A stretch of DNA of 28,758 nt, taken from assembly GCA_017881285.1 (NCBI GenBank), contig JADGRD010000003.1, positions 1-28,758 of the forward strand, read 5' to 3'. The position numbers and the translations under genes were made by a program. Below are positions 16,160-24,725 of this stretch, piece after piece; position 1 is the stretch's first letter; every line of letters begins with the position of its first letter. The DNA comes from Pseudomonadota bacterium. GTDB lineage: Bacteria; Myxococcota_A; Polyangia; Fen-1088. The notes beneath the pieces were generated by a model. It saw only the letters and a program-made list of their open reading frames with translations. It searched no databases and was not told the DNA's origin.

Positions 16160-19100
16160 ATCGACCATCCGCTGGCGGGTCTTGCTTATCGCTTGCGCCG
16201 CGACGGGGCTGCTCGCCTGGGTCGGCCAGCGGCGGCTGCGCATCGACACAGACGTCACCTCGGCGGTGCCCACGGGGAATCAAGCATTCGAGAGCGCCCG
16301 GCAGGTTCTGGCGCGGCACTCTTCGCTCGACAAGGTCGTCATCAACCTGTCCTTGCGCGACGGACGCGCCGATCCCAGCGCGCTTCTCGCCGCGGGGGAC
16401 GCGTTGGTGGCCGCGCTCGATCGGTCCGGGCTCTTTTCCTCCGTGGGTACCGCGGCTGCCGCCTCCGGCCTGGCCTCGCTCTACACCAACCTGCCCCAGC
16501 GACTGCCGCTGCTCTTCTCGGAGGAGGAATTGCAGCGGCAGGTATCGCCACGGCTGGAACCTGCCGCTATCGGCATGCGCTTGCAGAGCCTCGCCGCCGA
16601 CGCCTCGGACATGGCCGGTATCGGGGCCGCCGCGCGCGTGGCCGAGGATCCGCTCGGGCTCGGCGACCTGGTGCTCGCGCGCCTGGGCGATCTCGTGCCC
16701 ACGCAACAGGCGCGCATCGAGAAGGGCCACATTCTCGACGCCGACGGGAAGAACCTGCTCATCATGGCCACGCCGCGCGAGGGCATGCGCGACACGCGCT
16801 CCTGCCACGCCATCGACGATCTGCTACGCGCGGCGGTCGCTCGCTTCGCAACCAGGCAGCCGGGTGAGCCAGGGCACGGCGTTCTGCTCACGCCGGTCGG
16901 CGGGTACCGCGCCACCATCGACAACGAGACGCTGGTCACCAGCGACGCGAACCTCGCCATGCTGGCCTCGACCGTCGGCATTGCCCTCTTGCTCTTGCTG
17001 TGCTTTCCCCGGCCGTGGCTGGGTGTCTTCGCCTTGCTCCCGGCCGTCGCCGGCGGCTGTCTGGCGCTCTTCGCCTACACCTTGATCGAGAGCGACATCT
17101 CGGCGCTGGCCCTCGGATTTGGCGGCGCGCTGATCTCGATCACCGTGGACCAGGGCGCGGTGTACCTGCTCTTCGTGGATCGCAAGACCAAGACCGCCGG
17201 GCACCGGGCCGCGCACGAGGTCTTCTCGATCGGCTCGCTGTCTACCATCGTCAACATCGGTTCGTTTCTGGCGTTGCGGCTCACGGGCTTCCGCGTGCTC
17301 GGACAGATCGGCCTCTTCGCCGCTCTTGGCATCCTGTTCTCGTACCTCTTCGTGCACCTGGTCTTCCCGCACATCTTCCCCTCGGTGCCCGCGGCCACGC
17401 GCGCGCCGTGGGTGCCGGTGGACGAGTTCTTGCGGCGGATCACCGTGGGCCGAGGCTGGCGCGCGTTGGCCGTGGCAGCCGTGCTCTTCGTCGTGGCCCT
17501 GGCCTTCGCACGGCCCAAGTTCGTCGTGGATCTGGCGGCCATGAACACGGTGCGGGCCGAGACCGCACGCGACGAGGCGCGGGTAAAGGCGGTGTGGGGC
17601 GACATCTTTTCTCGCCTGTATGTTCTCGTCGACGCCAAGGACGAGGTGGACTTCCAGCGCAAGTCCGACGCCTGGCTGGCGATGCTGGAGCGGGAGAGGA
17701 GCGACCAGGTTCTGAGCCGGGGCTTCTCGCCGGCCATGCTTAGCCCGGGCGTGTCGCGCGCGGGGAACAACGCGCGAGCTTGGGCTCTCTTTTGGACCAG
17801 CGAGCGGATCGCGGCCGTGCGCGCGGCCCTGCGCCAGGGCGCCGAGGCGGCCGGTTTCGCGCCGGACGCCTTCGCGCCGTTCCTGGCGCGCTTGTCGGCG
17901 CCGGCGCCAACCCATACTCCGATGTCCGCTGGCGAGCGAGCCCTCTACGGTATCGAGCCGGGCCGCGACGGCAAGGGCGTGGTCTGGCTGGGCAGCATGT
18001 CGCCGGGACCGCGCTACGCGTCCGAGGCATTCGCGGCCGAGGCGCAGCAGGCCGGGCTCTTCGTCTTCGACGGCGGCAATTTCTCCCAGACCCTGGCCGG
18101 CTTCCTGGCCAAGTCGTTCCGGCTGATGTTCGTGGTGGTGGTCTGCTTCGTGACAATTTCCGTCTTTCTCTTCTTTCTCGACCTGCGCGTTGCCGCCATC
18201 GCGCTCGCGCCGCTGACCTTCTCCTTCGTGATGACCATCGGGACGCTGCACCTCCTGGGGCGGTCCATCGACATCGTGGGCCTCATCCTCTCCGTGCTCA
18301 TCTTCGGCATGGGCGTCGACTACTCGTTCTCCTTCGTGCGCGTCTACCAGCGCTGCCTCGACGAGCACCACCCCTCGCACGGCCCCGTGCGCACCAGCAT
18401 TTTCCTGGCCGCCAGCGCGACCATGGTCGGCATGATCACCATGGCCTTCGCTAAGCACAACGTGACCCGCAGCGCGGGCATCATGGCCAGCCTGGCCATC
18501 GGCTACTGCGCCGTCGGGGCGTATGTCATCCTGCCGCCGCTCCTGCGCCGCCTGTTCGCGCCGCGCCCGTTGCCACGGCCCGATCGCGAACATCCCGAGC
18601 GCTGGGTGAACGAACGCTTCCGCCGGCTCGGGGCCTATCCGCGCTACTTCGCTCGTGGCAAGATGCGACTGGACCCGATGTTCGCGCGGCTGTCGGACTT
18701 TCTCCCCGACGCAGGCACCGTGCTCGACATCGGCTGCGGCTTTGGCGTGGCGGCCGCCTGGGCCCTGGCGCGCTCGGCGGAGGTGCGCGTGGTCGCGGTC
18801 GAGCCCGACGAGGATCGCGCCGGCGTTGCCCGCTTCGTGCTGGGCGAGCGCGGCGAGGTGCAGGTGGGGGCGGCACCCGACCTATTGCCCGAGGTGAACG
18901 CGTCCGCCGGGCTCTGTCTCGATGTGATCCACCACCTTGACGACGATGGGCTGGCCAAGACCCTGGCCCACGTGCGCCACTGCCTGCGCCCCGGCGGAAA
19001 ATTCGTCCTGCGCGCGACGGTGCCGGGAGCCGGCCGGACGCCCTTCTACCGCTGGATCGAGACGCGGCGGCTGGCCCTGTCCGGGCTTCGGCCCCACTAC

Positions 19101-19241
19101 CGGCAACGCGAAGCCGTCGTCCGCGCGCTGGAAAACGCGGGACTCTCCCCCAACCTCGTGGAGCTGACGGCCCCGGGCCGCGAAGAGACGTGGTTCATTG
19201 CCCTGGCCACGCCGGCCGAGGGCGACGGGGAAGCATCGTGA
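16149..19241 (+). CDS. MMPL/RND-family exporter fused to a C-terminal class I SAM-dependent methyltransferase, 1030 aa; start corrected to ATG 16149
   Basis: Two blocks of multiple hydrophobic helices with MMPL motifs (LISITVDQG, GMGVDYS) separated by large soluble loops. The C-terminal ~210 aa have YFARGKMRLDP, VLDIGCGFG (SAM motif I) and LDVIHHL. Confidence 0.9.
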   Translation: MARESTIRWRVLLIACAATGLLAWVGQRRLRIDTDVTSAVPTGNQAFESARQVLARHSSLDKVVINLSLRDGRADPSALLAAGDALVAALDRSGLFSSVGTAAAASGLASLYTNLPQRLPLLFSEEELQRQVSPRLEPAAIGMRLQSLAADASDMAGIGAAARVAEDPLGLGDLVLARLGDLVPTQQARIEKGHILDADGKNLLIMATPREGMRDTRSCHAIDDLLRAAVARFATRQPGEPGHGVLLTPVGGYRATIDNETLVTSDANLAMLASTVGIALLLLLCFPRPWLGVFALLPAVAGGCLALFAYTLIESDISALALGFGGALISITVDQGAVYLLFVDRKTKTAGHRAAHEVFSIGSLSTIVNIGSFLALRLTGFRVLGQIGLFAALGILFSYLFVHLVFPHIFPSVPAATRAPWVPVDEFLRRITVGRGWRALAVAAVLFVVALAFARPKFVVDLAAMNTVRAETARDEARVKAVWGDIFSRLYVLVDAKDEVDFQRKSDAWLAMLERERSDQVLSRGFSPAMLSPGVSRAGNNARAWALFWTSERIAAVRAALRQGAEAAGFAPDAFAPFLARLSAPAPTHTPMSAGERALYGIEPGRDGKGVVWLGSMSPGPRYASEAFAAEAQQAGLFVFDGGNFSQTLAGFLAKSFRLMFVVVVCFVTISVFLFFLDLRVAAIALAPLTFSFVMTIGTLHLLGRSIDIVGLILSVLIFGMGVDYSFSFVRVYQRCLDEHHPSHGPVRTSIFLAASATMVGMITMAFAKHNVTRSAGIMASLAIGYCAVGAYVILPPLLRRLFAPRPLPRPDREHPERWVNERFRRLGAYPRYFARGKMRLDPMFARLSDFLPDAGTVLDIGCGFGVAAAWALARSAEVRVVAVEPDEDRAGVARFVLGERGEVQVGAAPDLLPEVNASAGLCLDVIHHLDDDGLAKTLAHVRHCLRPGGKFVLRATVPGAGRTPFYRWIETRRLALSGLRPHYRQREAVVRALENAGLSPNLVELTAPGREETWFIALATPAEGDGEAS

Positions 19242-20110
19242 TCGAATGGCTCTACAGATTCCTGGCTCGGCTTTCGCGCTTCGTGGGCCTGTGGCTCATG
19301 CGGGTCACGGCGGCCATCGTCGCCAGCGGATACTTCGTCCTCTTGCCGAGGCGGCGAGCCCACAGCGTCCGTTTCTACCGCGCGCTCTTCCCCGAGCGAT
19401 CGGCCATGCACGCGCTCGGCAGCGCCTGGCGGCAATACCAGGACTTCGCGCGGCTCTACTGCGAGCGTCTGGAAATCGAGCGCCGGCCCGACGTGCGCAT
19501 CGAAAGCGATAGCGAATGGAAGTTGGCCGAAACGAGAGCAGCCGGGCGCGGCGCCATCCTGGTCATGTCCCACTTTGGCCGATGGGAGATTGGTGCGCGC
19601 CTGCTCGCTCGGCGAAGGGAAGGGCTGACCCTGGTCATGGGCGGATTGGCGGATGGCGGCGCGCGGGCGGGCGTCGACGCGGATCTGCGCTCGGCCGGCC
19701 TCGACGTGGTGACCGTGCCGGAAGGGCAGGGGCAAGCCTTCGACATCTTGCAGGCGTTGCAGATCCTGCGCGCGGGCGGCATCGTTTCGCTCGCCGCCGA
19801 TCGCGCCCACGGCGATGCGCGCATGCTACGCTTGCCATTTCTCGGGCACGTGGTGTCCGTTGCGGCGGCGCCCTTCGCCCTGGCCCTGGTCAGCGGCGCG
19901 CCTTTGCTGGTGGTCTTCGCCGTGAAGATCGCTCCGCGCGCCTACCGATTCACCTGCGAGGGCCCGGTCACCTTGACCGCGGCCAATCGCGGCGACCGCC
20001 AGAAGGTCATGGAGCAAGCGGCTTCGGGCTACCTGCAACGGCTGTACGAGATGGCGCGCGCCTATCCCGAGCAGTGGCAGACCTTCGGCGAGTTCTTGCA
20101 GCGAGGCTGA
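19238..20110 (+). CDS. Lysophospholipid acyltransferase (LpxL/HtrB-like), 290 aa; start GTG 19238
   Basis: ILVMSHFGRWE (HxGxWE), SLAADR, LPFLG, YPEQW. GTGA overlap with the MMPL stop. Confidence 0.9.
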   Translation: MIEWLYRFLARLSRFVGLWLMRVTAAIVASGYFVLLPRRRAHSVRFYRALFPERSAMHALGSAWRQYQDFARLYCERLEIERRPDVRIESDSEWKLAETRAAGRGAILVMSHFGRWEIGARLLARRREGLTLVMGGLADGGARAGVDADLRSAGLDVVTVPEGQGQAFDILQALQILRAGGIVSLAADRAHGDARMLRLPFLGHVVSVAAAPFALALVSGAPLLVVFAVKIAPRAYRFTCEGPVTLTAANRGDRQKVMEQAASGYLQRLYEMARAYPEQWQTFGEFLQRG

Positions 20111-20112
20111 AA

Positions 20113-21390
20113 TCACCGGCGAGAGGGCACGGTCGCCGGCCGGCCGAAACGCTGGCTGGCCAGTTCCCCGCGCCGCGGGACGAAGGTGCCGTCCGCCATT
20201 TCCTTGCTCACCACTTTCTGCAGCAGCTTATACATCTTGTAGGTCTGCGGCTCGTCCCGATAGAAAACCTCCCAGGCGTAGTGGTACAGCTCCAATAGCC
20301 GTTCGGGCGTCATGTGGCGTGGCTGATACACCACGTGGTCAGCGGTGTAGAGGTCCCAGTCCGAGGTCAGGAGGCGGCCGTCTTTGACCAGGTCGTCGCG
20401 CGAGCGGGTGTGCGGGAAGGGGGTCAGTACCGTGAACTCGGCCAGGTCGAGCTTGATCTCGAGCAGGAAGTCCACCAGCCGCTTGATGTCGTCCTCGGTC
20501 TGCTCGTCGAGTCCGAGCAGGATGGTGCCCTCGACGGCGATGCCGTAGGCGTGATAGCGCTCGATGCGGCGGCGGATGAAGTCCGAGGTGTCGAAGACGG
20601 CCTGGTAGACGTACCAGGCGCCGGCCTGCGCCGCGAGGTCGAGCACCTGGTCGTCGTCCTCGATGGGGTGCGAGCACCACTTCTTCTTGAGCGGGATCAT
20701 CTCGCGGAAGAGATCGAGCTCCCACGGCTTGCTCTGCGCGAGCGAGTTGTCGACGATGAAGAGGCGGTTGTTGTCGATGCCGGCCAGCTCTTCCACCACC
20801 CGATCGATGGGCCGCGGCCGGAAGTGGCGGCCACCCAGGTAGTTGACCGCGCAGGGATAGCAGTTGAAGCGGCAGCCGCGCGAGGCGTGGAACAGATCCA
20901 CCATGCGCACGCCCTTGTAGTTGTAGAGCTCGGGCTGGAGGATCGAGCGACGCGCGGGACCGATCAGCTCCGTCGGCGCCGGGTCGTTCAAGTAGTCATA
21001 CGTTGGTTTGAGCTGGCCCGCCCGCCAATCGGCGATGACCTGTGCCATGCGGCCCTCGGCCTCGCCCAGGAAGACCGCGTCGGCGTGCGACTGCGTTTCC
21101 TCCGCGTGCAACATGGTGGCGATGCCGCCGCAGATGACCTTGACGCCGCGGCGCCGGTACTCGTCGGCGATGGCCCAGCCGCGCTTGACCTGACTGGTCA
21201 GCATCATCGAGATGCCGACGAAGTCCAAGGGATCGTCGAAGTCGATCGTCTGGACGTTCTCGTCCACGAAATTCACTTCGACCTCGGGCGGCAGCGCCGC
21301 CGCGAACACCACCGGTCCGTGCGGCGGCAGGTGAAACTCGGTCTGGCCCGTCAGCTTGGCCCACTTGGGATAGATGAGGCGAAACTTCAC
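20113..21390 (-). CDS. B12-binding-domain radical SAM protein, 425 aa
   Basis: FRLIYPKW...PPHGPVVFAAALP...DFVGISMM...VICGGIAT is a cobalamin-binding-type domain. ASRGCRFNCYPC (CxxxCxxC), FIVDN, LLGLD, TPFPHT. GTG start with AGGAAG upstream. Confidence 0.92.
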   Translation of the reverse strand: MKFRLIYPKWAKLTGQTEFHLPPHGPVVFAAALPPEVEVNFVDENVQTIDFDDPLDFVGISMMLTSQVKRGWAIADEYRRRGVKVICGGIATMLHAEETQSHADAVFLGEAEGRMAQVIADWRAGQLKPTYDYLNDPAPTELIGPARRSILQPELYNYKGVRMVDLFHASRGCRFNCYPCAVNYLGGRHFRPRPIDRVVEELAGIDNNRLFIVDNSLAQSKPWELDLFREMIPLKKKWCSHPIEDDDQVLDLAAQAGAWYVYQAVFDTSDFIRRRIERYHAYGIAVEGTILLGLDEQTEDDIKRLVDFLLEIKLDLAEFTVLTPFPHTRSRDDLVKDGRLLTSDWDLYTADHVVYQPRHMTPERLLELYHYAWEVFYRDEPQTYKMYKLLQKVVSKEMADGTFVPRRGELASQRFGRPATVPSRR

Positions 21391-21429
21391 AGGTTACTTC
21401 CTAGCATGTGGGAACTGGATGATCACGAC

Positions 21430-21461
21430 CGAGGACACAGAGGGGGAAGAGAGCACGGAGG
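21430..21461. repeat. Left arm of a 32-bp imperfect inverted repeat (partner 22202-22233)
   Basis: cgaggacacagagggggaagagagcacggagg matches the reverse complement of 22202-22233 at 29/32 positions. Each arm is itself a doublet of GAGGGCACAGAGG-like units. Confidence 0.8.
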
Positions 21462-21478
21462 AAGCGAATAGGGCCATC

Positions 21479-22157
21479 TCAATTCCCGGATTGCCCTCGG
21501 GGGCGAGGGCTTGGCGGGCGCGTGAGGGCGTCACAGCGCGCTTGCCAGGCACCGGGGGCGTTCATGGCGCGGTCGTATTCTGCGATGGCTTGCTTGGTCT
21601 CCGGCAGGTCCGAGCTGGCAACCCACAAACAAAACGCCCTGGGGAATTCCATGCCGCCGAGAGGATCGTGGTGGTCGCCGACGGGAGCGGCCAGGAAGAG
21701 CTTGGTCAGAGGCTTGATCGCCGGCAGATGGCCAAGCTCGATGAGCGCCATGGCCGCCTGCAGGCGTGCCTCGTGCTCCTTCTCCGCCACCAGCATCCAC
21801 CAACCGGGCTCCCGATGCCAGGGGCTCCAACCGGGGGTGGGCTTCGGCTCGAGCAAGGATACGAGCGCCTGCAGGAGTGCAGGCGTATGCAGCTGTTTCA
21901 CGGTGGCGAAGGCCGCCTCCCGCGTGCGGCGTGAGCGATGGAGGAGCAGAGTGGACAGCAGCGGTTCCCATCGCGGGATCGCTTGCAGCGTGGCCGTAGA
22001 CTTCGCGTCCAGCCTCGTCTCGCAGGCGGAGCACAGCTTCTCGCATGCCCCCGTCCTGATCCACGCCTGGCACAGCCATTGGCTGCGGGCTCCGCTTGCA
22101 CCCCAGCGCGGCAACCGTCAACGCCACAATCGTCAGCTTCTCGATGGTAGGAGCCAT
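21479..22157 (-). pseudogene. Probably frameshifted lipoprotein with HEAT/PBS-like repeats (split between ORFs 21531-22157 and 21479-22114)
   Basis: Frame A has AGGGG, then ATG 22157 and a lipoprotein signal MAPTIEKLTIVALTVAALG-C, after which codon use looks non-coding. Frame B has no good start but carries GC3-rich codons, a Cys motif CQAWIRTGACEKLCSAC and HEAT-like helices (LLLHRSRRTREAAFATV; EARLQAAMALIELG). The frames switch near 22075-22095. Confidence 0.55.
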
Positions 22158-22201
22158 GCGCCCCTAAACCATACTCGTGTTCTCCTCCCGAGTGGAGCGC
22201 C

Positions 22202-22233
22202 CCTCTGTGCCCTCTTCCCCCTCTGTGCCCTCG
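22202..22233. repeat. Right arm of the 32-bp imperfect inverted repeat (partner 21430-21461)
   Basis: cctctgtgccctcttccccctctgtgccctcg, with an internal direct repeat cctctgtgccctc present twice. Confidence 0.8.
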
Positions 22234-22247
22234 ACCGGCTCCCGAGA

Positions 22248-22898
22248 TCATTCGTGATCCACCAAGCTCATGTCGAGCGTGTAGCCGCCGGCGCCGGGCA
22301 CGATGAGACGCACCTCGGGAAAGAAGCCGCCGGCGGGCGTGCCCAAGAGCTCGACCTGCCGGGTGAGGTGCAGGTTGCGATAGGTGCGGATGCGCGCCGG
22401 CCCGCCGCTGGCCAGTTCCACGTCGGTGACATCGCCGCCCCCCGGCGACCAGCGGCAGACGGTTTCGCCCGTGGCGTAGCTACCGATGGCGGTGGGGGCG
22501 CCCGCGGGTGACAGGAAGACCTTGCCCACGTCGGACATGAGTGCCGCGGCGAAATCGGGGCGGTCGAAGGGCGGCACCGCGCGCCGGGCGACTAGACGGA
22601 CGCGGCCGTCGCCGCCGACTTTCTCAACGCCGTCGAAAAGGCTGATGCCCTCGGCAGAGAGCAGGATCGCGTGCAGTCCCTCGGCATCGGCCGCGGTGAC
22701 GCCGATGAGCGCGCCATTGTGCCCGAAGGGCAGGGTGGCGAAGATGGTGTGCGTGGCTCGCCAGGGCTGCGGCGGGAAGGCCTGGTGGCAACGGGCGAGG
22801 GTGGCCGCTCGGGTTTCATCCGGTAGCGGCGCCAGTGGCGGCAGGTGGGCGCAGGCCGCGCAGAACAACACCAGAAAGGCCGCGGCGCGCATGATCAT
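22248..22898 (-). CDS. Lipoprotein, possibly DUF3261/ApeN-like, 216 aa
   Basis: Signal peptide and lipobox MIMRAAAFLVLFCAA-C. It follows a LolA-like gene with an ATGA overlap, as in APE-type clusters. The family call rests on position and general pattern only. Confidence 0.7.
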   Translation of the reverse strand: MIMRAAAFLVLFCAACAHLPPLAPLPDETRAATLARCHQAFPPQPWRATHTIFATLPFGHNGALIGVTAADAEGLHAILLSAEGISLFDGVEKVGGDGRVRLVARRAVPPFDRPDFAAALMSDVGKVFLSPAGAPTAIGSYATGETVCRWSPGGGDVTDVELASGGPARIRTYRNLHLTRQVELLGTPAGGFFPEVRLIVPGAGGYTLDMSLVDHE

Positions 22899-23524
22899 CG
22901 CGGCGGCTCGAAGCGCTCGTCCGGGATGGCCTGGCCGTAGCGCGGATTCTCAAAGGCGATGTGCGTGACGCCTTCGCCCTCCTCGAAGATGTCGATGGCA
23001 TCCACCGTGCCGGGGCGCTCGCCGAAAAGGATGGCGATTCGCGAGATGACCTTGCCGAGCGAGGGGTCCACGGGCAAGAGGTCGACGTGGGCGGGCTGGC
23101 CCTTGTCGGCCGGCCGCAGCTCGGGGCGGAAGGTCTTGCTCGCCGTGAAGTTGCCGTCGAGCCACAGGCCAATCTCGCCGAGCACGATCTTCATGGCTTC
23201 CAGCTTGGCGCTCGCATCCGGCACCCAGGCCCCGCCGTGCTTGATGAGGCGGCGGACGCTGCCCCCGCGCACCACCAGCAGGGTTTCGAGCGGGCTCTGG
23301 TATTCCCAGCGCAGATCGTTCGGCCGCCGGTAGGCCATCACCCCACGCGAAACCAGCGGCTTGCGCAGGATCTTGAGCGTGCGCGTCTGCACGAACGACG
23401 TCTCGATGGTCTTCACCGTGGCGGCGGCCTGGCGGACGCCGTTCCAGTCCTGATGCCAGGCCGGCGGCGCCGCGCTCTCCGCGCCAGCCGCAAGGAATCC
23501 GGCAATCGCCAGCAGCCAGTGCAC
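22895..23524 (-). CDS. LolA-like outer-membrane lipoprotein/lipid carrier, 209 aa; start corrected to GTG 23524
   Basis: Signal-like N-terminus, then TSFVQTRTLKILRKPLVSRG...RRPNDLRWEYQSP, the typical LolA-fold FxQ...G...P..lRWeY pattern. Confidence 0.85.
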   Translation of the reverse strand: MHWLLAIAGFLAAGAESAAPPAWHQDWNGVRQAAATVKTIETSFVQTRTLKILRKPLVSRGVMAYRRPNDLRWEYQSPLETLLVVRGGSVRRLIKHGGAWVPDASAKLEAMKIVLGEIGLWLDGNFTASKTFRPELRPADKGQPAHVDLLPVDPSLGKVISRIAILFGERPGTVDAIDIFEEGEGVTHIAFENPRYGQAIPDERFEPPR

Positions 23525-23526
23525 CG

Positions 23527-24267
23527 CTACACCATCCCGCCGTTGACGGAGATAACTTGCCCCGTGATGTACGAGGCGTCGTCGGAGCACAGGAACCGTA
23601 CCACCCGCGCGACTTCCTCCGGTTTTCCGTAGCGACCCATGGGGATCATCTTCTTCAGCATGTCGAGCGGCAGGTCCTTGGTCATGTCGGTGTCGATGAT
23701 CCCGGGCGCCACCACGTTCACGCGGATGCCGATGCGGGCGACTTCCGAGGCTAGGGCGCGCGTGGCGCCCATGAGGCCGGCCTTGGCCGCGGCGTAGTTG
23801 GCCTGGCCGCGATTGCCGATCAGGCCGGACACCGATGAGATACTGACCACGCTGCCCGTCTTGTTCGGGATCATCTTCTGGATGACTGGCTTGGTGACGT
23901 TGAAGAAGCCGCCCAGGGAGGTCTCCGTGACCTTGTGCCAGTCCGCGCTCGGCATCATGGCAAAGAGCCCATCGGCCACGATGCCGGCGTTGTTGACTAG
24001 CACGGCGACGCGCTCGTGCCGCGCGAAGAGATCCGTCAGGGCCGCCTTGACCGCGGCCTCGTCGGCGACGTCGAAGGGGCAAAGAGTCCCGGTTCCGCCA
24101 CGTTCGTCGATGAGCGCGAGGGTCTGCCGGGCGGCTTCCTCGTTACTCTTGTAGTTCACCGCGACGTGGAGGCCGGTGGCGGCCAGTTCCACGGCGATGG
24201 CGCGACCGATGCCGCGGCTGGCGCCGGTGACGATGGCCAGAGGGCGGGAGGTTGGCGGCTGGGTCAT
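23527..24267 (-). CDS. fabG: 3-oxoacyl-ACP reductase (SDR), 246 aa; start corrected to ATG 24267
   Basis: VTGASRGIG, LVNNAGI, NYAAAKAG (YxxxK), VAPGIIDTDM, YITGQVISVNGG. ATGA overlap with the upstream DH. Confidence 0.95.
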   Translation of the reverse strand: MTQPPTSRPLAIVTGASRGIGRAIAVELAATGLHVAVNYKSNEEAARQTLALIDERGGTGTLCPFDVADEAAVKAALTDLFARHERVAVLVNNAGIVADGLFAMMPSADWHKVTETSLGGFFNVTKPVIQKMIPNKTGSVVSISSVSGLIGNRGQANYAAAKAGLMGATRALASEVARIGIRVNVVAPGIIDTDMTKDLPLDMLKKMIPMGRYGKPEEVARVVRFLCSDDASYITGQVISVNGGMV

Positions 24268-24725
24268 GGTTGTTCTCCGGGCAGGGGAACGCGGTCGGGG
24301 CGGAAGGCCTGGATCGCTCCGGTCAGCCATAGCATGCCGGAGTCATCCTTGACCTCGCCTTCGAAGGCCTGATAGTTCGTGGCGCCGTGGGAAGTGCGCA
24401 CCGAGCAGAGCAGCCGCGTTCCCACGGGCACGCTGGGCCGGGCAGGAGTGGCGGTGTGTATGCCAACCAGGAGGCCGCCGATGCGGGCATCCTTCTCATG
24501 CCGCTCTTTCCAGCCTTGCAGGACCGCGGCGGATTGTGCGATGAGCTCGACGAGCACCAGGGCGCGCACGTGGCCGCCCTCCGCCGTGGGCCACGCCTCG
24601 CGGACGACCGCGCCGATCTCTATGGAAGTCTCGTCGACCCGGAGGATGTCCTCGACCAGGCGCATGGGCAAGCGATGGGGAATCAGCCTCTCGATGTCGC
24701 TTGGGGAAGCGGTGGGTTCGCTCAT
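24264..24725 (-). CDS. Hotdog-fold 3-hydroxyacyl-ACP dehydratase subunit (ApeP/FabZ-like), 153 aa; true start ATG 24725
   Basis: LIPHRLPMRLVE and ELIAQSAA, GLLVGI. ATGA overlaps at both ends. The upstream part of track ORF 24264-25853 is a shadow frame. Confidence 0.85.
   Translation of the reverse strand: MSEPTASPSDIERLIPHRLPMRLVEDILRVDETSIEIGAVVREAWPTAEGGHVRALVLVELIAQSAAVLQGWKERHEKDARIGGLLVGIHTATPARPSVPVGTRLLCSVRTSHGATNYQAFEGEVKDDSGMLWLTGAIQAFRPDRVPLPGEQP

Noticed and set aside
21421-22259. Extra 8-bp inverted match gatcacga / tcgtgatc outside the 32-bp arms
   Set aside because: It is unevenly spaced from the arms and the right copy lies in the coding 3' end of the lipoprotein gene, so it is likely chance.
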